A stretch of DNA of 63,999 nucleotides, filler included, from Limisphaerales bacterium (GTDB lineage Bacteria; Verrucomicrobiota; Verrucomicrobiia; Limisphaerales; SIBE01), in NCBI GenBank assembly GCA_044225505.1. It is 4 parts of 4 records of this genome, joined end to end, with 100 filler letters (N's around TTAATTAATTAA, not from the genome) between each part and the next. Parts side by side here need not be neighbours in the genome. Positions count along the whole stretch, not along the records: positions 35,592 to 52,986 come from JBGAIN010000170.1; 3 more parts are not named here. One strand, 5' to 3'. The notes under the pieces were generated by a model. The model saw nothing but the letters and a program-made list of their open reading frames with translations. It searched no databases and was not told the origin of the DNA. Below are positions 41,594 through 51,160 of the stretch, piece after piece; the first letter of the stretch is position 1, and each line of letters begins with the position of its first letter. Position numbers and translations under genes: made by a program.

Positions 41594-43489
41594 ATGACAA
41601 TCCTCTGCGCTTACTCAAAGTCGAGACCGAACCGACGGTCTTGGTGGTCGTATCTCCAGATCCTATTCGTGGCCGTTTGTTCCGTGCTTGCGGTGTCTGC
41701 GGCGGAGAACTCCCCCTCTGGATCAGCGAGCACTTCTTCTTCTTCTTCGAGCACCGCCGCCAGCTCCAATGGCCCTGCCGTCTCGCGACAGTCAGATGCG
41801 GTGCCAAGTCCTGGTTCAGGGGCAAGCGTTGGAGCGAGAGTTCCGCTTACTCGAAAGGATCGGGTGGCGAATCTCAACACGAACAGCGCAGCCCTTAAAG
41901 CGCTTCTAGAGTCACAAATTAGTTACGGGGAGGGGCTTCAGAAACGGGGTGCTACGATCCTGAAGGTAGTTCGTGATGCGAGGGAAAAGGAAAGCCGTGA
42001 ATCAGCGGCGGCTGCAGCCCCGCTGTACAAGATAGCGGCGGACGTGTTGGAGCCGATTATTGCGCAATATCCTGCGAACAGTTGGCGAATCGTGGCCGCC
42101 GAGTGTTACCGGAAAGCCAATAATCCAAACAAATTGGATGAGGCTCGCAAGCACCTGTTAGCGGTTCTCCAGGATCCATTTGTCGAGCCAAACGATGTCG
42201 CTGCCGCTGCGGCGGAATTGCGAAATCTGGCGCTGGTGCCCAACTACAAACTCGAGATTACAGCGCAGGATATTGCCGGGGTCGAGCGGGAAGTCGCCAA
42301 AATTTTTGCAGACCTCACCTCGGGCGGGACCCTCGATTTGAGCTCCCCGCAGCCCCTCCTTCGGGCGGGCGAGTTGTTCCTGAGTAATGGTGACACCGTC
42401 TGGGCGGCGCAGATGTTTCGTCGTTGTCTGACGATTAAGGCTAAACGTGGGGACCCGACCTTCAAGGAAGCAACAGCAAAACTGAAGGCTTTAAATCTGA
42501 ACCCGCTGGCACCACCGCTACGATACACCCGCAAAGTCGCTGAGGATTACCTCGTTGACCCACTCAGTACGAATGTGTCGACGTCCTACCTCGAGGAGGT
42601 GGCTCCAAAGATATCCGTTTGGGACAGAATCGAGAAGCGGATCCGAAGCACTCATTTTGCTGACACGAACAAGGTCTCGCGCGTGCAACCAGACGATATC
42701 GAGAAGTTCGAGAATGCCATGAGGCCGGTACTTGGGGCCGATTTTCAATGGTTCAAACATCTGTTTTTGGAGGGTTTCTGCTACATTCTAAAAAAGAACA
42801 CAGGGATCACCTATTCGAGTGCCAGGGATTTTTGCATCCAAAAATCGTTCACACCTCTCAATCTCGACCCGAACGATTTCCCGCCGCTGGTTAATGCCGC
42901 AACCCCCGGCGAGGCCGGCCTAGGTTTTGTTGGGTTCTATCAGCACCGAATGAGCGTCGAATATCTCAAGAGCGATGAAGCGCGGAAGCCGTATAAGCTT
43001 TCCGTCAATGGTCAAGGCTTACTTCTGCAAAACGGCGCCCTGTTCGACACCACCAACATGTCGACGGTCTTCTCTGGGAAAGGTTGGGCCATCTATGTCG
43101 TCACGCCGGACGGTGATATTTATGCCGCCACACACAAGTTGTCGGCTTTTCACCATTCCTCACTCCTGGCAGCCGCCGATGTCGCTGGTGCTGGCGAGTT
43201 GCAGGTCACGAAAGGCAAAATCGTCTCGATCAGCAACAAGAGCGGCCATTACTTGCCTGGCATGATACATCTCGTTCAGACCTTGGATGCGCTTAAGACG
43301 ATGAAAGTGGATACAACCGGGCTGACCAACGTCTTGCTCTTTGGTGAAGGACCGCGCAGTTCGGTGAAGTGGAATGGGGACGCAGCTTCATTTCGGAGTG
43401 CTTGGAACGATCTAGTTCAGTTCAAATCGACATTCAGCACGATGGGCTTCGTGAACGACCCGACGCCGGATGCATCCGATTATGATTGA
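41594..43489 (+). CDS. Exported protein: Ser-rich linker, TPR-like helices, C-terminal HHSS...SGHY putative enzymatic/toxin domain
   Basis: Signal peptide ending AVSA; C-terminal WAIYVV...FHHSSLLA...AGAGELQV..GKIVSISNKSGHYLP. Confidence 0.7.
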   Translation: MTILCAYSKSRPNRRSWWSYLQILFVAVCSVLAVSAAENSPSGSASTSSSSSSTAASSNGPAVSRQSDAVPSPGSGASVGARVPLTRKDRVANLNTNSAALKALLESQISYGEGLQKRGATILKVVRDAREKESRESAAAAAPLYKIAADVLEPIIAQYPANSWRIVAAECYRKANNPNKLDEARKHLLAVLQDPFVEPNDVAAAAAELRNLALVPNYKLEITAQDIAGVEREVAKIFADLTSGGTLDLSSPQPLLRAGELFLSNGDTVWAAQMFRRCLTIKAKRGDPTFKEATAKLKALNLNPLAPPLRYTRKVAEDYLVDPLSTNVSTSYLEEVAPKISVWDRIEKRIRSTHFADTNKVSRVQPDDIEKFENAMRPVLGADFQWFKHLFLEGFCYILKKNTGITYSSARDFCIQKSFTPLNLDPNDFPPLVNAATPGEAGLGFVGFYQHRMSVEYLKSDEARKPYKLSVNGQGLLLQNGALFDTTNMSTVFSGKGWAIYVVTPDGDIYAATHKLSAFHHSSLLAAADVAGAGELQVTKGKIVSISNKSGHYLPGMIHLVQTLDALKTMKVDTTGLTNVLLFGEGPRSSVKWNGDAASFRSAWNDLVQFKSTFSTMGFVNDPTPDASDYD

Positions 43490-43541
43490 GCACTGGTAAT
43501 TAATGCCACTCCGACCTCTTACCTTTCAATCCAATTATTAA

Positions 43542-45725
43542 GTGACCCCGTATCCTAGAATGAAACCAAACCGCAAAACCATGAAGACCCAAGCTCTCTC
43601 TGCTTGGATGGCGGCCCTGACCGTCCTGGTAGGCTTCGGCTCCATGCCCCAATCAGAAGCCACAGACGCATTGATTGAAGAGAAAACCCAGGCGGTCGAT
43701 TTGGCCAACAAGGCATTTCGGGACGCTGGACTGGAAACCATCTTCCAGTCCTTGGGCAGCCCCAATCAGTTCTACTATTTGCCTTCCACCATACGCTTTG
43801 CGAAGGATCAAAGGGGCGAACCGATGTGGTCTGTCATCAAATTCAATCTCGCTTACTCGGGCGACAATATCTACGACGAGAAAGGCCGCCTGGCTGTGGA
43901 CCCGGACGGTCGAGTTCTGCAAGGGGGCGTGTTCCAGGCGACTTTTGACATGGGCTTGGCTCCCGGACAACTGGACGCGATCAGGAAAAATGCCCTCAAG
44001 CCAGGCCAAAAGTTGGGGAGACTCCCTTTGGCGAGCGCCAATCTCTTTATTCAATATATCGATCCGGAAGATCCCAAGAAATCCGTGAATCTCGGCCCCG
44101 TCGCGGCGCCGCTGACGGGCGATCTCATTTCCGTAACCATTCCCTTAACCCGTTCGGCGCTCGATATTCTCAAACCCATCGCCGAGAACCCGAAGGGAAC
44201 TTCATCAGCTCCGTTTACGGTTTACATTGCGTTTAGCTACAAGGGCTACGATGACGAATACGCCGTAGAGGTCAAAGGATCTTCGTCGTCGATTATGGAT
44301 ACACAGCACGTCAAGACCGGCGTCGAAGGACAATACTGGTTTTTCAAAGGGAGCGCAGACTACGAGAATTTCAAGCAGAGCCTCATTCAGAGCAACGCCA
44401 TAACCGTGAAAGTTCTCGGCGACGCAGGCAATAACAAGGAAAAGATCGATGCCATTACCAGCAAGGTGGTGGACAAGGTCCTCGCCAATTTTATGGACTT
44501 TTCCACGGTCACGCCGGATCCAGGCCTCGCCGAAGGGAAGGGCGAGCCAAAAATGGAAGTCGTGAATCTTAATGAGGGGAAGAAGGTCAAGGATGCGCAA
44601 GGGCAAGATACAGAAAAAGACGCGACCGCACGCAATGCCGGTCTGGCCTTTTCCTTCTCCATGAAGCAGTCCAATAAATCCGAACGGAAGGACTTCACCT
44701 TCAACTGGAACACCCGGACGATGCTGACCAAGCTCGACTCCCGTTATGCCAATCTGGATTTTAGTTATCCGGAGAAGAGCAAGGGTCGCCACTATATCGA
44801 AGCCACCGCGAGCGACTGGAGCGTGGCCAGGCCAACCATCTCGGTCGCCCCGGATATCTTGCCATGGTTCAACATTTCGTCGGTGGAATGCAGCTATGCG
44901 GGCAAGCTTTTCCAAGCCACGCTGGTGGATCCAGGCGATCCGACCAAGGGTAAACTAGCCACTATGCCCGATTGGAAACAGGCTCCCGTGCAAGGCGGAA
45001 CGTTCAAGTACGGTCCGGTCAATATTCCTGCGATCACAGATCCCAGCGGCGCGCTGCTTCCCAGCGCCAAGACGGTGAATCGCAATACGGAGTTCACGAT
45101 CAAGTTTGCGCTCGCGGACAAGCCCCAACTCGAGGCGGGCGGGGTCGGAGGCCTCGACTCCAAGGATGTCCAAGTATCGCTGGACGCGGCGAGAACGCTC
45201 TTCAACAACTGGTACGGCAGCGGCCACAAGATCCTGCTCGATGCTTCCAAGATTAACGGAACGGCCGCTCTCATTTCCAGTGCCACGATGCCTCCGTTGC
45301 CGAAACGAGCGAGCTTTATGTTTCGCGTCACCGACTCCACCGGCACGGTCGACTGGTCGAAGAACGTCGCGGTCATTCCCAAGATATCGCAAAAGGTCAA
45401 TGCGTGGGTTCGCCAAGCGGTGAAGGCTAAGACCGATGCTCGAGATGGCGCGGAGAAATTCCTGGAACAGTTTGTCCCCGACACTTCCCGACCTCCCAAG
45501 GACTATACCGTCAGCCTGGCCAACTTGAAACCTGATCAAAACGACTTCTTTAAGGCCACGGACGACATTTTCGTGTTCCTCAATCCGGACGGTAGCGACA
45601 CGAAGTTTAACATCGACGTGACCGTGAACGCCGGGGCCAAGGTTGCCAAAGTAACCAAGCAAAACGCACTTCCCGGCGAGTTGGTGGTCATCGACGTCGG
45701 AGCGGCCCTGGCCAGCGCTAAATAA
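43542..45725 (+). CDS. Exported uncharacterised protein, 'FYYLP...QGG' paralogue 1 (start may be MKTQ at 43581)
   Basis: Signal peptide; NQFYYLPSTIRFAKD.RGEP...LQGGVFQATF; alternating beta-type segments. Confidence 0.75.
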   Translation: MTPYPRMKPNRKTMKTQALSAWMAALTVLVGFGSMPQSEATDALIEEKTQAVDLANKAFRDAGLETIFQSLGSPNQFYYLPSTIRFAKDQRGEPMWSVIKFNLAYSGDNIYDEKGRLAVDPDGRVLQGGVFQATFDMGLAPGQLDAIRKNALKPGQKLGRLPLASANLFIQYIDPEDPKKSVNLGPVAAPLTGDLISVTIPLTRSALDILKPIAENPKGTSSAPFTVYIAFSYKGYDDEYAVEVKGSSSSIMDTQHVKTGVEGQYWFFKGSADYENFKQSLIQSNAITVKVLGDAGNNKEKIDAITSKVVDKVLANFMDFSTVTPDPGLAEGKGEPKMEVVNLNEGKKVKDAQGQDTEKDATARNAGLAFSFSMKQSNKSERKDFTFNWNTRTMLTKLDSRYANLDFSYPEKSKGRHYIEATASDWSVARPTISVAPDILPWFNISSVECSYAGKLFQATLVDPGDPTKGKLATMPDWKQAPVQGGTFKYGPVNIPAITDPSGALLPSAKTVNRNTEFTIKFALADKPQLEAGGVGGLDSKDVQVSLDAARTLFNNWYGSGHKILLDASKINGTAALISSATMPPLPKRASFMFRVTDSTGTVDWSKNVAVIPKISQKVNAWVRQAVKAKTDARDGAEKFLEQFVPDTSRPPKDYTVSLANLKPDQNDFFKATDDIFVFLNPDGSDTKFNIDVTVNAGAKVAKVTKQNALPGELVVIDVGAALASAK

Positions 45726-45739
45726 CCCTCTGCCGCGCC

Positions 45740-47177
45740 GTGAGCATTGCGGCTACGTTGGGCCTGTTGGTCGTGGCATTGGGCGCTTCTGTTCCCGTGG
45801 CGCTGGCAGAAGGCGTCGAAGCGACGCTTTCCCCTGCCGCAGCCCTGTTCCGGGGCATTGACGGGACGGAGCAGTTTTACTTGCCCCAGCGCTTTCGGGT
45901 GCCTGGAGGCCCCACTCACGGCGTGGAATTGGGAGTCTATAGTTTGATTCACGAAAGAGATTTGGGAACGCAAGGTCTGGAGGAAGGATTGGTCCGCCAG
46001 GGTGGGTTTCTGGCCTTTCTCATCACGGCCTGCAAAGACGAGCCGCAAGCCCCGCAGAAGCCGGTGGCCATACGATGGAAAGCAGTGGATTGGTCCCTGG
46101 GATCCGCTGCCGGCGTCGTTCCCCAACGAGGCGACGATGCCTTTCCGGATTCGGTGGTGAACATCCCTTTACGGCGACAGGACGTCGATCTCTTGCGCGC
46201 ACAGGGCAAGCTCGATTCCGCTAGTCGCACGTTCCGCGTTAGAACCCATTTTGTTGTGCCTGATCATGAGCGCTTGGCTGATTCCCGGAGCAGCATCGCG
46301 ATCCAGGCGCATCCCCGGAAAGTGCGGGAGTCGTTGCGCGAATGGACCCGCAATAATCCTGCAATGCCATGCAAGGTCTACGATGTGACCGGGAGCCTGC
46401 GGCCAACGATGAAATCCCGGCAGTTCTGCTGAGCGACTCCAGCAAGTTCGTCCAGTTTTGTGTGGAACGTGAAGCGGTTACCATCGATCCAAACTTTCCA
46501 AAGCCCCTTTCCCCGCCACTAGCCGCGGGCATTTTTGCCGTCCTGCGCAACGCTTGGCTGGAACAATGCTCGGGCAAGTGGCGGACCAACTCGATGCCGT
46601 TCCTGTGGCGATCTGGCGGGCTGGACGAGCGTTGAACGAGGAGACGTTTTAGAGGGACATCTCGCGGGCTGGGTGGAGGTGGAACGTTATGCCTGGCGGG
46701 GATGTGAGCTTCCAAGAGGCGGCTTGGATAGAGCGAATCATCGCCGTGGATGGCTTTCAGAGAGAAACGAAACAGTGCCTCCACTTCACTTTCATCGGTG
46801 ATTGGGATGAGACCGGACTGGACCGCCTCGCTCTCGAGGCGCAACTCATCGATCCAATCTCGGAATATCAGGTCAAGAAGACCTTTAGCATCCCCCGGAT
46901 CGCTCCGCTCTCCTCGATGACCTTTGAAATGAAAGGCCGCTATTCCGATCAACTCCGCGTGCGATGGCGGGTCGCCCTGGGAATGTTCAAGACCGGCAAG
47001 GCCATTTCATCACCGAATCCGGAGGCTTGGAATGAGAGCCGGATTCCGAATTTTGACGCTTTCTTCCAACTTGGTCCTGCCGATGTTGCGGCGCTGCTTT
47101 CGTCGCAGACCGACCTGGACCGGAAAAAGCCGGCCGGAGCGCAGTCAAACTCCCTGGCGACGGAGGTGGCCCCATGA
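45740..47177 (+). pseudogene. Exported uncharacterised protein, paralogue 2; probably one gene broken by about three frameshifts in 46400-46700 (real or sequencing error)
   Basis: Signal peptide; EQFYLPQRFRV...RQGGFLAFLI; plausible coding passes through ORFs 45740, 46369, 46535 and 46689; stop overlaps the next ATG. Confidence 0.55.
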
Positions 47178-49149
47178 GAATCGCGCGCTGCCTCTTCCTG
47201 CTAGCGCAAGTGTCGCTCCTGGCCGTTGGGTGGAATTCTACCTCGGCTGCCGGCGTCCAGGCGCCCGTGTTGATCTTCCCCAACCCGCGGGATTTCTACA
47301 AAATCATCACGCCGGGCATGGACGTTTCGCCCAGTGGGCGTGCGTCTGCCCAAATCCGGCAACCGACGCAGCTGAGGGCCGTCGTCTTAGGCGGACAACG
47401 GGCGCTGCTTTGGCTCGAAACGTCGGTGTTCAAACCAGGGAATAGTGAACAAATGGGCTACCGGATGGCGGAACTCAGCTTCGTCAAACCCGAATGCGCG
47501 GCGCGGGAAGTGAGCTCCATGGCTGGGAACGGATTGCAGATCAAGCGCACCATCACCCCAAAGGCAGGCTTTCTCTCGTTCGCCTTGCTAGCCCCGGAGA
47601 AAACCGTCCGGGCAGGATTTGTGGAGCAAGACTCCAAATTCGTCGAGCTCACGAAAGATCCGCCATCGCCCCTCGCGGACGAGCCGAGAGTTCGCGAGGG
47701 GCCAAAGGACCGGCGGATTCAGCTCCTCCCGATCGCGGCCTCCGGCGATGCGGGACGGAAGGGACCGGAATTGTTTCAGCAGACAATCTCCCTGCGCAGC
47801 ACTTCGGACGGGCAGGGAATCGATTTTGTGGGCGAGTTCACGCTGGCGTTGGGCCAATATGAGATGAAGCTGGAAAAGAGTGTCGCTCTCTCCGAATTGG
47901 GAACCACTGCGGATGGCGGATCGTTGGCCGCCCGAATTAGCAAGTGGCTTGACGCGGCCGCGGCCACCTGGCTTGAAGATCCGCGGTCCTCGACAATGGG
48001 GAAGCGGTGAAGATCCGACGGTCCTCGACAATGGGAAGGTGTGCGCGCTCCTGGATCGCATTTGGCGGTCGACTTCGCTCCAAATTGTTGGCTGGCCGAT
48101 CGACAGAGTATGATTTCGGGTCGCGCGACTTTCTTGCGGCCTCCCGCATCCTTGGGCATTTGATGCTGGCCGAAAGGATCGCTGATCAGCTGGGAAAGAA
48201 TGGCGGTGAGTTGGGGATTGCCGAGAAAGAAGGCTTAGTGACCGCTATTAGGAACGCGCGCGCGCGACTCGAAGAGCTCGTCTTCCGCCTTCCCGTGAAG
48301 GTGGGTGATGACGACTGGATCGTCTTTTACAAGCCTGACAAAAGGAAGGCGCGCCTCTTCCCGGACGCGGTGCGCTGGACGTCCGCGGCCGCAACGGATG
48401 GGAGCGATCTCAGCGCTGGTAAAGCGCTGCAATTCAAAGTGCCGAATCGTGACCTCGTCTTTCTCATGACGGTCCAGGCGACGCCCTCTTTCACGCTTGG
48501 GGTCGAAAAGATTCCTGGTTTGCAGAAAGAGCTGGCGGACAGGTACCAGGATGAAGGACTCAGGACAGTGCGGCTGGAGACGGGCATTCCCGATGAGTTT
48601 ACGGCGACCCTGGCGCTCGGCGCCGAGGATAGGCAAGGGCTCTCCTCACTCGCGGTGAGTCTCTGCAAACGAGATGCACGAAACCGGCTCCTCCTAAAAC
48701 TGACTTCGAGGGAGTCCGAGGCCCTTTCCTTGCTGTCGCTTTTCCTGGGGGCCAAGGGCAAGGGACTGCCGCTTGACCTCAATGTTGATCAGTTCTTCAT
48801 CGGCCGATCTCATGAAACAGCGGGTGCGATCATTCAGGGGAAGGTCGCAGTGCAGGACTTTCAAATCGTCGAAGCCCGGGATCAAAGGATTCCCGTCACG
48901 GTTTGGGTCGATGCTCCGGTGTTTGTTGGGGCAAAATCGGCGCGAGTCACCGTCCCTTTTCGTTATCCCGGCGAGACGGCCACTTATTCCACGACGATCG
49001 ACCAGAGTGCCGGCTCCGGCCTGGTCGAACTTCCCTTGAAAACCGTCAACGGCGAAACGGTCTTGGACATCGAATATCAATCGCCGGTGAATCAAGCTTG
49101 GATCCTTCGCGAGCGGGGTGTGGAGGGGCTGGTCCTGGTCGATAAATGA
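47174..49149 (+). CDS. Exported uncharacterised protein; ORFs 47174-48010 and 48007-49149 are probably one gene split by a 34-bp tandem duplication
   Basis: Signal peptide only on the first ORF; both ORFs encode RSSTMG from the duplicated DNA at 47974-48038. Confidence 0.6.
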
Positions 49150-49203
49150 CATTCTCCCTTCTCTCCCAATCCCGTCTAGCTGTGCACTTAATCTCATAAT
49201 CCT

Positions 49204-51114
49204 ATGAACGAACCATCCCTTGCAATCGTGCGTTGGACTCGAGTTCCAGCGCTGGCCCTATGCTGCCTGCTGCTGATGCTCGCAGTTGGCGCCCATGCGG
49301 AACCGATTCCGGCGCCAAACGAAGTGTGCCACCGCGAATTGAGTTACCTCAAAACCCATGCCTCCCTGCTACTGCAAGAAGCCGAACAACTGGATCAGAC
49401 AGCCAAGGATATCCAGAAAGCTAACGCTGCGGCGGACAGCGCCAAGGCGCTGGTTGCCGCCACCGACAAATTGGTTGGTAATGTGAAGCTGGAGGCGAAC
49501 ACTCTGGTTCGGCAAGTGACCGATCTCGAACGGAGCCTCGTCGCGGCGGAACCTAAGGAGGCGGCGGTGTTGAAGAAAGAAACAGACAAAACGACGGCCG
49601 AGATTCCGAGCCTTCTAATGAAGCTGAAGAAGCTCAGGACCAAAATCAACGACGAGAGGCCGACGATCCAAAGCTTGGTCAAAGCAGCCCTCAATAGCAG
49701 ATCGCCTGTCAAGCCGAGCGCCATTGTTTCAGAAGACATGGCCGCAACGACCAAACTCTTGAATCAATCCGCGGCTCTTGGCCTGCTCCTGGTTACGAAT
49801 AGGCTGGGAGGGGGTTCCTTTGGAACGGTTTATCGGGTGGTGTTCGCGAAAGAAACGGATCCGCCGGGCAAGCCTTTTGCCTTCAAGACGTTCAAAAACT
49901 CAGCAGAATTGGAGACAGAATTGGGGATCTACCAACGCATCGGGCCGCACAAGAATATTGCCGCTTCTTACGGAAAGCTGACTTTACCGGTGCCTTCGGC
50001 AGCGCAGTCTCAGAAAACTGATGGACTCGCGATGGAACTCTTCGGTCGTGGGGATGTGGAGACGTTGGCCAAGAAGATGGCAGATCAAGTTTCTGCTGGA
50101 GTGATTACAGTCGACGAAAAGTTGGATGCGATTCGCTTTATTTTTCTCGATATCCTGCAGGGTCTCGACGCCGTCCACAAAGCCGGGTTGATCGCCTGCG
50201 ACCTAAAAGAGTTGAACGCTATGATGGATGACAATTACGTCGTCAAGCTCATCGATATGGGGGCCGCCGTGGAACGCGGTCAGAAAGTAGTGAGTCAGAC
50301 TGCCCAATACGCGGATGCGATCAATCAGGCGAATGCGAACCCGGCGATAGACATGTGGAGTGCGGGTCAAATGCTCTACCGGATGGTTCAAGGCGACTTT
50401 TTCTACCTCGATACCACCAACAAGACTTGGGCCGCTGGACCCTATTTCGAAGCGCGATGGATCATTAGACAAAAGGATTGGGTAGAAAAGGCCAAGGTCG
50501 ATAAGGAGATTCGGGCTCTCAAAAAGTTATCTCCGCAAGATGTTGACGATATCAACGCCGCTTTGAATAAGATCGAACTAGCCGTTCCTTCGCCCGTTAA
50601 GGACGCTCCGGATCGGCAAAAAGCGATTGCGGATGCACTCACGGAGCGCGGCAATAAGATCCGAGAGTTGCTGGCGGCTTACCGAGGCAAGTATCCGGAC
50701 GACTTTGTTCTGGCTTATTTTGATTTCCAGAACGGTCTGTTGCATCCGGTCCAAGCGGAACGGTTGACTCCGTTCGAGGCGCTGCACCATCCCTTCTTAG
50801 TCGACTTTGCCGCTGCCCAACAAGATCCGGATGGCAGCTATAGGAAGATGCTCTTCCAAAAGATATTCGATGATGCGCCGGCGAAGGCCCTGGTTAACGA
50901 CCCGGCGCCTGCTCGCGACGCCTCGGCCAATAGGCCCGAATTGCGACGTGCCCCGGGACAGAAGAATCTCAGGCCTGAACCCGCCCCAGATGGTGCGCCG
51001 GCGAAGGCCCTGGTTAAGGACCCGGCGCCTGCTCGCGACGCCTCGACCAATAGGCCCGAATTGCGACGTGCCCCGGGACAGAAGATTCTCAAGCCCGAAC
51101 CCGCTCCAAAGTGA
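49204..51114 (+). CDS. Exported eukaryote-like Ser/Thr protein kinase with N-terminal coiled coil and C-terminal 40-aa repeats
   Basis: Signal peptide ending AHA; LGGGSFGTVY, AFKTF, HKNI, ACDLKELN, KLIDMG, DMWSAG, RLTPFEALHHPFL. Confidence 0.85.
   Translation: MNEPSLAIVRWTRVPALALCCLLLMLAVGAHAEPIPAPNEVCHRELSYLKTHASLLLQEAEQLDQTAKDIQKANAAADSAKALVAATDKLVGNVKLEANTLVRQVTDLERSLVAAEPKEAAVLKKETDKTTAEIPSLLMKLKKLRTKINDERPTIQSLVKAALNSRSPVKPSAIVSEDMAATTKLLNQSAALGLLLVTNRLGGGSFGTVYRVVFAKETDPPGKPFAFKTFKNSAELETELGIYQRIGPHKNIAASYGKLTLPVPSAAQSQKTDGLAMELFGRGDVETLAKKMADQVSAGVITVDEKLDAIRFIFLDILQGLDAVHKAGLIACDLKELNAMMDDNYVVKLIDMGAAVERGQKVVSQTAQYADAINQANANPAIDMWSAGQMLYRMVQGDFFYLDTTNKTWAAGPYFEARWIIRQKDWVEKAKVDKEIRALKKLSPQDVDDINAALNKIELAVPSPVKDAPDRQKAIADALTERGNKIRELLAAYRGKYPDDFVLAYFDFQNGLLHPVQAERLTPFEALHHPFLVDFAAAQQDPDGSYRKMLFQKIFDDAPAKALVNDPAPARDASANRPELRRAPGQKNLRPEPAPDGAPAKALVKDPAPARDASTNRPELRRAPGQKILKPEPAPK
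50869..51108 (+). repeat. Two near-identical 120-bp tandem repeats (in-frame, 40 aa)
   Basis: Units start at 50869 and 50989, encoding D.APAKALV.DPAPARDAS.NRPELRRAPGQK.L.PEPAP. Confidence 0.92.
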
Positions 51115-51160
51115 GGTAGAGTTCCGCGCTTCCTCATCTACAGCTCCGCCGATCAAAAAC

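Noticed and set aside
50807..51160. N-terminal extension of the 743-aa ORF
   Set aside because: Out-of-frame read-through of the kinase's 120-bp repeats; ATG 51161 with a signal peptide is the plausible start
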